Shown one piece after another: positions 24,266 to 38,244 of a DNA stretch of 64,000 nt. A program made the position numbers and the translations under genes. Origin of the DNA: Anolis carolinensis (lineage: Eukaryota); contig NC_085844.1 in assembly GCF_035594765.1 (NCBI RefSeq), positions 188,682,107 through 188,746,106 of the forward strand. Reading direction: 5' to 3'. A model generated the notes under the pieces. It ran no database searches, was not told the DNA's origin, and worked only from the letters and a program-made list of their open reading frames with translations. Position 1 is the first letter of the stretch, and the number at the start of each line of letters is the position of its first letter.

Positions 24266-26341
24266 CTATTCATTTGTATTACCCCAAGTGGCATTTCTGC
24301 CATAGAGAGGAGTTCTCAGGAAACGGCTTGATTTTATGTAGGCAGAAATCTTCTCCAATGCCTGCAGAGAAAGCCAGCAGAAGAATACTTCTCAGATATT
24401 AGTTATCATTACAAGTTTCTGTAACTACAATACAGAATGCCGACTGTCAACCTGGTTACCTCCTGGAACCTGAAGCAACATCTAAGTTTAAACAAAGACA
24501 ACATTTAATTGCCTTGGCCTCTAAAATGAGGAGGTAGACTTCCAAGTGCCCTTACCTAAATTGAAAGTACACCCTGCTATTTCTACCACAAGATCTTAAA
24601 TCTTGCTTCCTAATGAGACAAGTCTGGAGTCATTGTTCCAAACCAGGCTTTAAACTCAGCACAAAGCAACCTCTGACACCACACACCATGAAAAATGACT
24701 AAATGAGAGAACATGGTTTGTGCAAAATGGGTATTAGGTAAAGGCAAAGATTTTCCCCTGACATTAAGTCTAGTCGTATCCGACTCTGGGGGTTGGTGCT
24801 CATCTTCATTTCTAAGAGCCAGTGCTCTCCAAATTCATGTGGCCGGCATGACTGCATGGAGCGCCGTTAACTTTCCACCACAGCGGTACCTATTGATCCA
24901 CTCACATTTGCATTTTTTCAAACTGCTAGGTTGGCAGAAGCTGGGGCTAACAGTGAGAACTCACCCCCGTTACCCAGATTCAAACCTCTGACCTTTCGGT
25001 CAACAAGTTCAGAACCTCAGCAGTTTACCCACTGCACCATTGGGGGCTTATGTTATGGGTATTATAACATCTAATAAAAAGATGGATAAATTGGAAAGAA
25101 ATTATTTAGCAGATCCTTTGCCACTAATCCCTTGGACACAAATACCAGAACAACCCTTTAGTTTGGAATTTTAAGCATAAGCCACAGTAAAATTCACCTC
25201 AAAGCGATCCAGGAAATCTTTTAAATTTTTGAACTGATCCAAGCATTTTGGCTGAAACATCTGGTGCAGATCCAAAATGTCATATGCAAGGAAATCTACA
25301 TAGGTGATCTAAGGAATTTTAACAAGAAAAAAAGAAGAGATTTTAAAGTGAATCACATATCTGAGTTAAATCTTGGCTTCTGTATGTATTATATCTAACC
25401 TTATCTCCTAGAAACCATTTTCTGTCTCCCAGAAACTGGGAGAACCGCTTCAGTTTCTCAGGTAGCTGTTTAATGTACTCGGGCTTCAATTTTTCCTGCA
25501 AAAAGAGGATGTTATCAGCAACAGGCTCATTTTTAACTGACATCTTTGGAAAGTTCGACAGTTTTCACAATGCTCTTTTTTCCTCTTTTCTTCTGCCACA
25601 CTGACTTTATCCTCCCACTATTAAAATATCTTCTGAATTCCCAATCTTACCCAAACATAAACTCACAAAATCTGGGCTGTAACACACTGTTGCAAGGTCT
25701 GTTGCAAAATCTACAACCTGGTATTCAAGTATATCCATCCGGATTATTTCTTCTTCAGTCTCCCCACCTGTAGCAAGACACGGAGACGGTCAAGATGTTT
25801 CTGACCCCATCACCCATTTGGCCTTTGGGTTTTAAGCCAGGATCCAAACGATCACTGGCTTCATAAACACTCACACATCTTGTGCTTGCGGGCAAGATAT
25901 CGCAGGATGGCATTGCTCTGTGTAAGTTTTCTGTCACCGTCAATTAGGTATGGCAGCTAAGGAAAGAGAAGAAGATTAAGAATACTGGTGAAATTCTTAA
26001 ATGATCTGTACACTTGGCCATTTTCACTAAACAATGTACAATGTTTTTAAGCTAATCAATAAAAAATAGTCTGAGGAAAGAATGCTACTAGATGAACTTG
26101 CGATTAGAGAAGAGCCTCTTTCTAATATCACTGGAGGATTGTCTGCCAATAATCCAAACTCAGAAAACTTTCAGAATTATTAACTCCTCAAAAATCCCTG
26201 ACTTCATGGCCAGTAACTACCATATGCTGTCCAGGAGCTCCTGTAAGTTATATTTCAAAAAATAACTTTTTCAGATTCTGATAGCGGTTTCCATACATTT
26301 CAAAGTTAGCAGCAGCACACTGATTTCATTTCCATGCCACT

Positions 26342-26407
<66 letters not shown>

Positions 26408-29400
26408 TTTATTTCTTGCCCACCTCTCCTCACAGCTCAAGATGGGTTACAATATTACTAAAATATAAACAAACACATAATCATTTTAAAACACTCCACA
26501 AAATACATATATTAAAACATATTTCCATAAAATACATACAGTAGAGTCTCACTTATCCAACATAAATGGGCCTGCAGAACGTTGGATAAGAGAATATGTT
26601 GGATAATAAGGAGGGATTAAGGAAAAGCCTATTAAACATCAAGTTAGGTTATGATTTTACAAATTAAGCACCAAAACATCATGTTATACAACAAATCTGA
26701 CCGAAAAAGTACTTCAATACGAAGTAATGCTATGTAGTAATTACTGTATTTACAAATTTAGCACCCAAATATCACTATATATTGAAAACATTGACTACAA
26801 AAATGCGTTGGATAATCCAGAACGTTGGATAAGCGAGTGTTGGATAAGTGAGATTCTACTGTATTAAAATACACAAAACAAACATTAGGCATTCAGTGTA
26901 AGTTTAAAATTCATCATTAAAACTATCTGGGTTGGCCTGCTGGAAAAATTAGGTTTTCATTTGTATATTAAATCACAACAGCTGATTCAGCTGTCAGAGC
27001 TCTACCAGCAGGTCATTCCAATTGTGGAGCGGCCGATGAAAAGGTCCTCTGGGAGGTGGTTGCCAGTCATGTTTTGATTAGTTGGAGTAACTGCCCCACA
27101 GAGGAACTAAGTGTTTGGGGCGGGTTGTATGGGAGAAGGCGATCCTTTAGGTAAACTGGACCCAAACCATGTAGGGCTTTAAAGATCAAACCCAACACCT
27201 TGGACTTTGTCCAGAAACTAATTGGCAGCCAGTGGAGTGACTTTAGGATAGGTTTAATATGCTCACTCCTAGATATTCTCATAATCAATCTGTCTGCCGT
27301 ATTTTGTACCAACTGGAGTTTCTGAACTTGATACAAAGGAAGCCCAATGTAGAGCATATTACAGAAGTCCAACCTTGAGGTTACCAGTGCGTGCACCACC
27401 ATGTTCAGGTCCTCCAAATCTAGGAAGGGGTGCAGCTGGTGTATCAGCTGAAGCTTATAGTAAGCACTCATGACCATTGATCTACCTGGGCTGATATTTG
27501 GAGAGACAGATCAGGAGCACTCCCAAGCTGCAAATACAGTCTTTCAGGGGGAGTGTAAACCCAAAGAGGACTGATGAACACACCTCCATCCCCAGATTAA
27601 GACCTTTGATGGCAAGCACCTCTGTTTTGTTTGGATTCAGTTTCGATTAGTTTTTCCTCACCCAACCTATTACCTCCTCCCGGCATTCATTCAGAGGAGA
27701 CACACTATCCTTAGCTGTAGCTGATTTTGAAGGCATGGAGAAATATATACTGATAACACCCTGCCCCATGCCTATGGATAAACTCTCCCAGAGGTTTTAT
27801 GTAAATATTAAAAAGCATTGGAGATAGAATGGCATCTTGTAGGATACCACATAGCAGCTCCTTTTTTTGTGGAGCAGCTATCCCCAAGCACCACCATCTG
27901 GAACCTGCCTAAGAGATACGACCGGAACCACTGCAATACAGTGCATCCAATTCCCAGCCCCCCTCCCCAGGCGTTCCAGAAGGATACCATGGTTGATGGT
28001 ATCAAAAGCTACTGAGAGGTCTAGAAGCACCAACAGGAACACACTCCCACTATCGGTGTTGAGATGAAGATAATCCACTAAGGTGCCATAGCTGTCTCAA
28101 CTCTGTATCCTGCTCTGAAGCCAGTTTGAAATGGGTCAAGGAAGTGTGTGTCATCCAAGCCTGTCTGAAGTTAGAGGGCAACTGACTTCTCAATCACCCT
28201 GCCCAAAAAAGGAAGGTTAGACACTGGTCTGTAGTTATTAAGGTCATGGGGTTGCTACATACATTTGGGAAGTCAAAGCCCAGTTTCTCTTTTACACTAG
28301 TCCACTCGCGTCTGTCAAAATCAGGAGCTGTAAATATAGATACAAACAGTAAATGCCATGTCCTTGTACGTACTTGCCCAGGATAATTTTCTTCATTTTG
28401 TCTATAGCTTGCAGGTCCAGCAGTGATTGCTACACTTAGCAAAAATGGCACAAACAATGTTTGTTGGCATAGAAGGGGCCAAAACATTTTATTAGTAATA
28501 GAGGCTGGGTCCTACTTGGGTCTAGATCCAGATATTGATTGACCTGCCTGCTGGCTGATGGGAACTAACTCTCCCAGACTACCTTGTGTATACATTTGGA
28601 ATGACAGATTTGGAGTTCCACATGGGCATAAACCACTGTGTAGTTTCCTTTCCTCCTGGGCATGATCCTCATAGTCCACACCTTCAAAGTCTGAATTTGA
28701 TAGGCACCAAGAAAAGGGATGTAGAGGGAAGGGGATTAAGATTTGTGATGACAACTGTGAGGAACACAGCCTTGCTGCCACGTAGCAGACTAGAATCATC
28801 CTATTGCCTCCAACCCAATAGGGACACTGGCATATTTTCATGCCTTTTCCAAGGATACTGAGCAGGCTTCTGGGAAGAAGGCTCCATCAGTGACGAAAAA
28901 CAGCTCCACTTTGTGCAGTACAACATGCAAATGATTCTCTTTGGCAAGTCAGGGAATACCCTTTGTACTGTTTTCAGTAGTATAGTTCCTTATGTTGTGA
29001 ACCTATTTGGAAACAAACCCTGTTGAGCATGATGAGACTTGCTTCCAATAAATTTGATAATATTATGCCATAACCTCCAACATTTCACAGATGAAAACTG
29101 GAAGATGTTTGGCCAGGCAACATCAAAATGTTGTCAAGATGAAGAACATTATTTATGAAGAACACGCAAACTGAGAGAGATGGCAGCAGTTTTCTTTTGC
29201 CAGAGCATACAACAAAGGGAAAGATTCTACCCCTCTTCTCTCCCCTGCTCAATGCATAAAACGTTGGTACTTTAAATTCAGTTTGCAGTATTTAAACAAA
29301 GTTGAGCATGAGGGCAAAAAGCAATGGGAAAAGAGAGAAATTGGGAGATTTTGAATGCCCCTGGAAAAGCGGGATAACAGAGGATTAATAAGGACAGTTC

Positions 29401-30628
29401 CTGCCAAATTGGGGCAGTTGGTGGGGTAGGTATGCTGTTTGGCTGTATGCTTACGTATTTAATTTGAATCCCCTTGGGGAGACAGGACGGGTTACAAATA
29501 AAAACATTATTATTATTTTATTATGACACAGCAAACAAGATAGATATGCTGGATTTCGTATCACAAAATCACAAATCGAACACTTCTCAAGTGCCTAGGA
29601 CTGTGTGATGTATTTTCGGATGATGCATGCAGATCCCAGTAGGGTGGCCTTTTGCAGTTGGCAGATCGTGATTTTGTCAATGTCTATTGTTTCCAAATGC
29701 CGGCGGAGATCTTTTGGAACGGTACCCAATGTGCTGATCACCACCAGGACCACCTGTACTGGTTTCTGCCAGAGTCTTTGAAGTTCAATCTTGAGGTCCT
29801 GATAGCGGCTGAGTTTTTCCTGTTGTTTTTCATCAATGCGACTGTCACCTGGGATGGCAACATCAATGATCCAAACCTTTTTCTTTTCCACAACTGTGAT
29901 GTCTGGTGTGTTGTGTTCTAGAACTTTGTCAGTCTGGATTCGGAAGTCCCACAGTATCTTTGCATGCTCATTTTCCAATACTTTTGCAGGTTTGTGATCC
30001 TACCAGTTCTTTTCTGCTAGGAGGTGGTACTTGAGGCATAAGTTCCAATGAATCATTTGGGCCACATAGTTGTGCCTCTGTTTGTAGTCTGTCTGTGCGA
30101 TTTTCTTACGGCAGCTGAGGATATGATCAATGGTTTCGTCAGCTTCCTTGCACAGTCTGCATTTTGGGTCATCAGCTGATTTTTCGATCTTGGCCTTAAT
30201 TGCATTTGTTCTGATGGCTTGCTCCTGGGCTGCAAGAATCAGGGCCTTCTGTCTCCTTCTTCAGTGTCCCATTCGTGAGCCATAGCCAGGTCTTCTCCTT
30301 ATCAGCTTTTCCTTCAATTTTGTCAAGGAACTTTCCATGCAATGTTTTGTTGTGCCAGCTGTCAGCTCTAGTTTGTAGTGCGGTTTTCTTGTACTGATTC
30401 TTTGTCTGCTGTGCTTTGAGGAGTTTCTGATTTTTGACTTCAATAAAAGCAGGTTCTTCACTTTGCTTTACATATTCTGCCAGGGCATGTTCTTCTTCTT
30501 TGACTGTTTTACTTGTAAGAGTCCTCTGCCACCTGATCTTCTAGGCAGATATAGCCGGTCAACATTACTGTGAGGGTGCAGTGAATGATAAATGGTCATG
30601 AGTTTTCTTCTTCTTCTTCTTCTTCTTC

Positions 30629-30671
<43 letters not shown>

Positions 30672-32280
30672 TTCACTTTTAGCAACCAGCTTTTTTAAGG
30701 AAACTATGAGGAAAGCTGACATTTAACTTCAGTTAAATTTTATTAATATTTAAACAGACCACCATCATTGCTGCTGGATAGTCTCACTGCTAGAATATAG
30801 TTCTGAACTGGACACTGTCCACCCTACAGTCACTGTCTTTCATGTCGTCATTGTACATAGATGCTTCCCTGCTCACTAAAAATAGCCTGGTAAGTGAGTA
30901 TTACTAGATCATCTATTCCAGGTTTGGTGGATCAGGTCCAGAGCCTGTCCTCCCTTTTCTTTATTTAAAAGCAAGTCTCTGATCTGGCAAAAAGTAAAAT
31001 GTACAGGGAAATTCTAAACTATTGGACCCTGTGTGAAAGGGGTCCAATCCCAACTTTCAGCATGTTTAACAAATGGGTCAAGTCACACATGAATATGATG
31101 TTTAGAGAAATCATGTTATGTTTAAACATGGTAAAGTTCTTATCTCATTGCCTGGAGAAAGTGGGTATGTATTTATTCTGTTGTATTTACTACTACATAA
31201 TGTCCAAAGAAAATACTTTGGAAATCCCTCCACCCCTCTATTCTGCCTTGGTCAGACCACACCTGGAATACTGTGTCCAATTCTGGGCACCACAATTGAA
31301 GGGAGATGTTGACAAGCTGGAAAGAGTCCAGAGGAGGGCAACTAAAATGATCGAGGGTCTGGACAACAAGCTTTATGAGGAGCGGCTTAAAGAACTAGGC
31401 ATGTTTAGCCTGCAGAAAAGAAGGCTGAGAGGAGACATGATAGCCATGTATAAATATGTGAGGGGAAGTCATAGGGAGGAGGGAGCAAGCTTGTTTTCTG
31501 CTGCCCTGGAGACTAGGACACGGAACAATGGCTTTAAACTACAGGGAGAGAGATTCCATCTGAACATTAGGAAGAACGTCCTCACTGTGAGAGCTGTTTG
31601 GCAGTGGAACTCTCTCCCCCGGAGTGTGGTGGAGGCTCCTTCTTTGGAGGCTTTTAAGCAGAGGCTGGATGGCCATCTGTGGGGGGTGCTTTGAATGCGA
31701 TTTCCTGCTTCTTGGCAGGAAGTTGGATTGGATGGCCCATGAGGTCTCTTCCAACTCTATTATTCTATGATTCTATGATCCCTGATTTGGATTGTATATC
31801 CAAGGAGCCCACAATGGCACAGTGGGTTAAACTGCTGAGCTTCTGAACTTGCTGACAGAAAGGTCAGTGGTTCGAATCCGGGGATGGGGTGAGTTCCTGC
31901 TATAAGCCCCAGATTCTGCCTACCTAGCAGTTTAAAAACATGCGAATTTGAGTACCGCTCTGGCAGGAAGGTAACGGCGCTCCATGCAGTCATGCCGGCC
32001 ACATGACCTTGGAGGTGTCTATGGACAATGCCAGCTCTTCAGCTTAGAAATGAAGATGAGCACCAACCCCCAGAGATGGACACGACTAGACTTAATGGCA
32101 GCAGAAAACATTTACTTTTACCTAACCATCACAAATGCAAAAAGTAGCTATGATGTTTCCTTTCTGGCAGAAAATGCTACATTTTCTGTAATCATAACAA
32201 ATTCAATGACAATGGAATGTAATTCATAAATACAATTACAGTACTTACCCATATTGCTGTATGGGTGTTTTTTTAAAAAA

Positions 32281-32352
<72 letters not shown>

Positions 32353-35239
32353 AAATGCAGGCGGAAGACATGCTAAGATGATTGTGGCAGCAATGTGGTT
32401 GTCTATGTGTGCAAGTAATTGCTTTCCTATCCACAGGGGACATTTGAGGATTCTTGCAGGAGTTAAGTGGTATAAACACTTAACTGATTATACCCATGTC
32501 AATTCATGAAATCAATTTTGCTTTTGGAAAAAAAAGACAAGTGCAGCTCTTTGCTCTGTGATAATAACATTGTTACTAGTTATTGTAATGTAAGTGAATA
32601 ACTGTAAGTAAACATCTTAGAATACTGTATGTGCATGATATCACTGTAGTCTCGATTTAATCAAATACAAAACATTCGAACCTTGGGTGTTATAAATCTT
32701 AAGTCTCTTTTGATCTTGCCTCACCCTGCAAATAGCATACCTTATTTTAAACTGAATGTAACAATGCCAGTCTTAGATCAGCTAATGAAAGACCTGCTTC
32801 AGCAGCATTGAGATGATTTATAGCTTATGAAATAGTTCTCTGCATGGTTTGGACTATAAACTTTAGAGATAACAGTAGAAGAAAAGCTAGTATGGCTATT
32901 AACTTTAACAGTTGTATGGCAGGTAGAAGTTCAAAACTTTAAGCCACCTGTTGATAATCTATCTGAGACATATCATTTCTGTGTCCCCACCCTTGATATA
33001 CACATAGAAAATAGGTTTTGAAATCTCTTCTTTATATTTACCAACTCCCAAAGTCGAACTTTGAATAATGGGACACCTGTTCTGCTCATACTCTTCCTCA
33101 CTATAATGAGAGTTAGTGATTGATTTGATTTATATTCCACCCTTCTCCCAAAAACAGAACTCAAAGCAGGTGACAAGAAGTTTTAAAAGCGGATATAAAC
33201 AAGACCACAAATTGATATGTGAATGAATATTCAAAGCAAATAAACAAATTATAATAAAGCATACATAAATTTAAAGCAATTAAACAGCATATAATTTTAA
33301 AAGACATCCTTATTAACATCAATAAAAATAGCTGTGTTAATTAGTACTCTTAATTAGCAACTAAACTTGAATAAGGAGTTATTTGTCTGTTGGCAGATGG
33401 AGAACAAAAAGCAGGTCAACCTAGGCTCCTTTGGAAAGGAGGGCCACAGCCTGGGAAAAGCCACCTGTAAAGCCCTCTCAACTATTTAGATGCATTATGT
33501 TTATATTATAGTAATTTGCATCAATACATTTAAATCATCGCATCTCAATTTGTATTATCCTTTACAGATGGCATGAAAGACTTAATCCACTTACAAAAAA
33601 TCTGTTGCCATCCCTCTTAAATCAGATACTTTGCACAAGAGGTCCACAGAGATAACTGACCAGTTACAAGGCCAGTTAATATAAAACACAAAGACAAGTT
33701 CACCAGTAAGTTTAGCAAGTCATCTTATTCTGAGTCTGCATTCTAACAAAAATGCCTGTCCAGATTAGATGGAGCCTGTCTAGTCCAGTGTTCTTTGCAA
33801 GAATTCCAGTCTCCAGCATGCACTGGTAGAGAACCCAGAACCAGTGAGTGGTCAGCCATATATCCTCTACCAACTTCTGATCTCGAAGATTAGAGCCATG
33901 ATTACATATTAGGAGTTAGCTCTTCATCGTGCCAGTAAAATAAAATGAAAATATTTAATGTCTTAGCCAAACACTGCTGAGAAGCTGAACATGAAGGCAG
34001 TGGCCTCCTGTTCCCAGCATTATTATCTGTGTCCCAGGGAGGTCCTTCTTGCAGGAATATTTGGTATCTACATTATGCAGAGTGTAGCAAAGCTAGTGCA
34101 ATATCAGCTTGTGAGAAAAACAGTAAAAATTATTCTGGATACAATTGTGAGATTTTTTAAAGGATTAAAAACTTGATCTAAACTAGGTTATAAAAGTTGA
34201 CTGACTCTCCAGTGTAGGGGTATGCTAACATCCATCATTAAGGTTGGAGCCTCATGGATGATCCTTCCTTGCCAAAGGAAAAATAAACTGACTTCTTGGG
34301 AGAGGAGGAAGTGATATTTACAGGTAAGAAGTAGGCAAAAGGCTTGACTACATAGAACAAAGATAGAAAGATAATAACAAAGGTCAAGGTAGACTCCCAT
34401 CTCTCATTAATCATTTAATACAAGCATCAATACCTCTTTGCTTCCAACTATCTAACTCCTCACCTTCTCCAAAATGGTATCGTTTTTCTTCATATGGTGT
34501 TTCTGTGTATTCTAGGAGTAGCCTGATAGCATGGGCAAGCTGCAAGAAGACAAAGGGAAAGAATGAGTGAAAGACAAAATAGACAATGTGTTGCCATTGG
34601 CTCTTTTGGATGGGAGATATTAAAAAGTGAAACGCTCCAAATGGGTTTATTCTTGTGATTTGGTCTCTGTTGAAACGCTTCACCATTCTTTGTTTGTTTG
34701 CCCCAAATATGATAATATACAGATGAAATACAGGAATTCCATTTTTTCACAGTATTCTCAATGGTAAGGGTGTTATAAAACTCCATATCTTCTGAACAAC
34801 TCTTTTGCATTCTTTTGTGAGACTGTTGCAAATTTTACCCTTGGGATTAGTAAAACCTTAGTTTTCTTTTTACCTGTGTCTTCCTCTTGCTGTATATACC
34901 CGTGTTGTGATTGTATTGTTGTATGCCAATAAAGGCTCTGTGTATGTGAATGAGTGGAAGGATAAAGCTACCAGAGGCTGCTTGTTAGTGGCTATATGTT
35001 GCTTCCACCAGGAGAAAGGCAAACTGAGAATATACTGCAAGCCCAAAACACCTGGAGGGCCGAAGTTTGCCCATGCCTGGTGTAGATGCACTCAAGTGCA
35101 CACCTAGAAAGCATTGCATGTTGCAACCCATGTTAGAAATGCAACAGGCAAAGCCCCGCCCAGAGAGTCTCTACTCCTCCTTTTAAAGGATATACTGACT
35201 TACCCCACGGATGTCCCAGTAGCCCAGCGTGACGCTCAT
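24266..35239 (-). CDS. GSTM: Glutathione S-transferase Mu (GSTM-B), complete, 220 aa
   Basis: Exons 35204-35239 ([12 protein letters not shown]), 34464-34539, 28263-28327, 25875-25956, 25667-25767, 25400-25495, 25198-25308, 24266-24361. All GT-AG, open frame ending ..[22 protein letters not shown] at 24119-24124. Confidence 0.95.
24736..25048 (-). mobile_element. Sauria SINE in GSTM-B intron 7
   Basis: Head to tail; atgggtatta repeated on both flanks. Confidence 0.85.
26345..28250 (-). mobile_element. L2 LINE 3' portion (degenerate RT) in GSTM-B intron 3
   Basis: ORF pieces [40 protein letters not shown]; microsatellite tail 26345-26407. Confidence 0.85.
26539..26861. mobile_element. Tigger/Tc1-like MITE nested in the L2
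   Basis: TIRs cagtagagtctcacttatccaac / gttggataagtgagattctactg, TA flanks. Confidence 0.85.
29506..30606 (-). mobile_element. R4/Dong-clade non-LTR retrotransposon (restriction-like endonuclease), 5'-truncated
   Basis: ORF 29595-29978 with PD..D RLE motif ([22 protein letters not shown]), upstream CCHC region; flanked by (TAA)n. Confidence 0.85.
31233..31779 (+). mobile_element. CR1 LINE 3' end
   Basis: [20 protein letters not shown]...RLRGDMI ORF2 C-terminus; (ATTCTATG)n tail. Confidence 0.92.
31804..32124 (+). mobile_element. Sauria SINE
   Basis: GGAGCCC start, box B GTTCGAATC, core and tail. Confidence 0.85.
32280..32353. repeat. (AAAG)n microsatellite
   Basis: Seen directly; others: (TG)n 13066-13101, (CTT)n/(TTA)n 30606-30668, (CAT)n 41455-41493, (TG)(AG) 53408-53457. 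Confidence 0.95.
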
Positions 35240-35445
35240 CTTCCTCGCGTGGCGTGCCTCGGCTTCTGCTGGTCCTGGGCTCCAGGGCAGGAAGAGAAAC
35301 ACTCCCGAAAGTGGGGTGAGTCGAGGACAAGCCTGGCTTGGAGGTGGCCGCGCACTTGGCGGACTCCGCCCCACTCCCGGGACTTTCACTTCTGCCCTTT
35401 CCACTCCCACCTCTGACGCCTCTCCCGTGGGGACTCTCCCGGTGT
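35240..35445 (-). promoter_or_regulatory. CpG-rich promoter/5'UTR of GSTM-B
   Basis: CpG-rich, GC box (ccgcccc ~35366-35372), homologous to the GSTM-C upstream region. Confidence 0.55.
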
Positions 35446-35904
35446 TATGCAAAAGAACTACCGGGGTTATAAAATATGATCAATGTCTTAAGAGATTGCA
35501 TGGGAGACACAATAACACCCCAGTTCAGCAATTGCGCCTCTAGAGTTCTACGTGATATCTTAACAGCGCTGCAAACACATGGCAGGAAGCTGCATCTGCA
35601 GAATGAATGCACTTTGATAACACTTTCACTGCCAGGGCTCAGTGCTATGGAACTCTGGGAGTTGTAGTTTGGTGAGGTATTAACACGTTGTCAGAAAACT
35701 ATAGGTCTCATGATTCCATAGAATTAAGCCATGACAGTTAAAGTGGTGTTCAGATGCATTATTTTAAAATGTAGATGCATGCCAAACCTTAAGGAGATGG
35801 CTCTCAGAGGAAGGCAATGGCAAACCTCTCCTGAAGAAATCCTGCCAAGAAATCCCTGCAATAGGTCAGAAATTATTTGAGGGCAGACAACAGCAATATA
35901 GAAG

Positions 35905-36260
35905 ACTTGAGAGAAAACTGAAAAGTAATATGATGGCTGCCTTTAAATACCTAAAGTGATGCCATGGAAAAATGGGAGATAGATTGGTTCCTGCTGCTTG
36001 CCTGCGGCTCCAAAGACTGGAACACACCACAGAGCTTAAAATTACAATTAAAAAACCCAGATTCCATATTGAGGGGTTATTGTATAAGCTATTTAACAGT
36101 GGAATGGATTTTCTAAGAGAGTGACAGACTTTTCATCTTTCAAAGTCTTTAAAGAGGGTAGCTGGGCATGTTTCAAGGGTGCTTCAGTTGAGTATTTCAG
36201 CATGAGAGACGGCTGGACTGGACAGCCCTTGTGATTCATTCCACCTCTAAGATTCATATT
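35905..36260 (+). mobile_element. Old CR1 3' fragment
   Basis: Degenerate match to CR1 copy at 31420-31770. Confidence 0.55.
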
Positions 36261-36840
36261 TTTCACACTCCACACAACCTGAGCTCCTGTTGCCCTTTCA
36301 CTAAATGATAGGCAACCAGAATTGCACTGTGGGATTTCCAAAAATCCTGTTTGGGATCCATGCAAACTGTAGGGAGCCTCTAACAACATTTAATAAGACA
36401 ATGACTGAAGCCTTCTGGAGGTTTCTGGAAGATACAATTCTCAGTTTTTCCCAATTTGTTTTTGAAAGTGGGAGAATCTCCTTGGTCTAGAGGAGGGACT
36501 GCACAAATGGATATGAAATTCCTACTCTGAAAAGAAATTAAAATGATGTTAAGATTAAAGAAAACTAATCCATGATGTTGGCATGGGTTGACAGGTGAAC
36601 TGAAGGCCCACAAGTCAGGCTCCTTCTACACATTATGACCAGGATCCTAGACACCCGGAGGCCAGCTGTGCAATGAGCGCCATGGCCTTGAGCTTCCCCA
36701 GTGCACCATAGGCAGTTAACTCTGCACCCGCTCAGTCAAAAGCAAGGGGGTGGCCCTAGGAAAATGATTGGCTTCCCCAAGGACCAAACTTAGAAAACCC
36801 CTGAGAAAGTGCAAGTGCTTCTGCAGTTATTTGCATAATA

Positions 36841-37510
36841 TCTATATCTATACACATCAGAAAAAATGAAAAAATTATATGTGTGTATGTAGCGGAGGTG
36901 TCCACTTACATAGACAGCCTCCTGCCTCCACAAAGAGCTATCGTTCCCACTGAGCAGGAGACACCAATGGCCCTCCCTCCACTGACATGCAGGTTATAGT
37001 GAGCGCCATGAATATGTAGCCCAAACCCTGCCAGTGTCCTCCACAAACACCACTCAAGTGAAGGCTTTTATGTGGGGACAATTTCATCCTAGATGTTCTG
37101 TTTTTCCTCCAGAATGGACATCCCAGGGTTCCTTAATTTGCATGATCCCACCCACTGCCTCTCCCTTAACCCTTTCCTACCCTTTCCTATGGCACACAGT
37201 TAACAGAGGAATTGATCATCAACTGAGCAAGGGTTTTGGGGAAAATTCACCATGATTTACAGTTGTACTTGACCTACATCCAGAGAGCACTGTTAACCCA
37301 ACCAACGATGGATCTGGACCAAACTTGCCATGGATGATGAGACTTCCAGTACCTTCTCTGATACTGTGAACCCCACTGACAATGGACTGGGACCAAACTT
37401 GGCACAAAAAAGCCCCATGACCAACAACTTACTGCAGGGGTTAGTGGGATGGACCTTGATTTTGGGAGTTGCAGTTCACCTGCATCCAGAAAGCACTGAC
37501 TCCAGCTTAA
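36841..37510 (+). mobile_element. Probable Helitron-like fragment
   Basis: TCTATAT start and internal repeated gaccaaacttg units; no clear CTAG end. Confidence 0.35.
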
Positions 37511-38244
37511 TTTTTTGCGTCTCATAGACTTAGCATGGGGATTTGGTTAACCAGTTAAAATTCATGAGTAAACCAGGTGTTTTTTTAACCTGAAAAATTT
37601 CAGGGGGGGGGGGAGGCTTGAACCCCTAACCCTCCCCTCCCCCGGCTACAGGCCTGGGTATCACAGTCAATGCACAGGTGAGGCGATGGATGGAATGTGT
37701 TGCTACTATGTATGTTGCTGTTTTTGTATGTTGCGTGCTTTATTTGTTAATGTATATCACTGTTTTTCTTTTTGTGTTTAAATAATCATAAAAATTTAAA
37801 TAAAAATAATTTTTTTTAAAAACAGCTAATGTGTAACCGTGTTCTAAAGTAAGGCTTCTTAAACTTTTCTACTTGTGCCCCCTTTTGGCCCAAGAATTTT
37901 TTAAGTGAGCCTGATATATAGGTATATAAAACAATACAAAAATCAGACATGTACTGTGAATAAATCTGTATTTGCAAGGCCTGTAAAACGAGCTAGTTTT
38001 CCATTTTATGAAGTACAGCTGAAGCATCTGTTGCAAAGTCCACTGTAAACACTGCACAAACAAATTTGTGTAAATGTCTAAAACAGCTAATAGGTGAGTA
38101 CCAAAATGTTTTACTGTTGCCAATGTTTTTGTCACCCCAATACTGAGCAATGAGGATGATGACCCACAATTAAAAAGCAGTGTTCTAAATCATGAAAGGA
38201 AGGCGAGAGATTCAAGGCTCCTCACTGATTGAACAGCAAAATTC

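Noticed and set aside
30999-31694. 231-aa ORF
   Set aside because: Chance read-in from intron sequence into a truncated CR1 ORF2 tail; not a host gene
31804-31885. tRNA-like sequence with A/B boxes
   Set aside because: Head of a Sauria SINE; no complete cloverleaf
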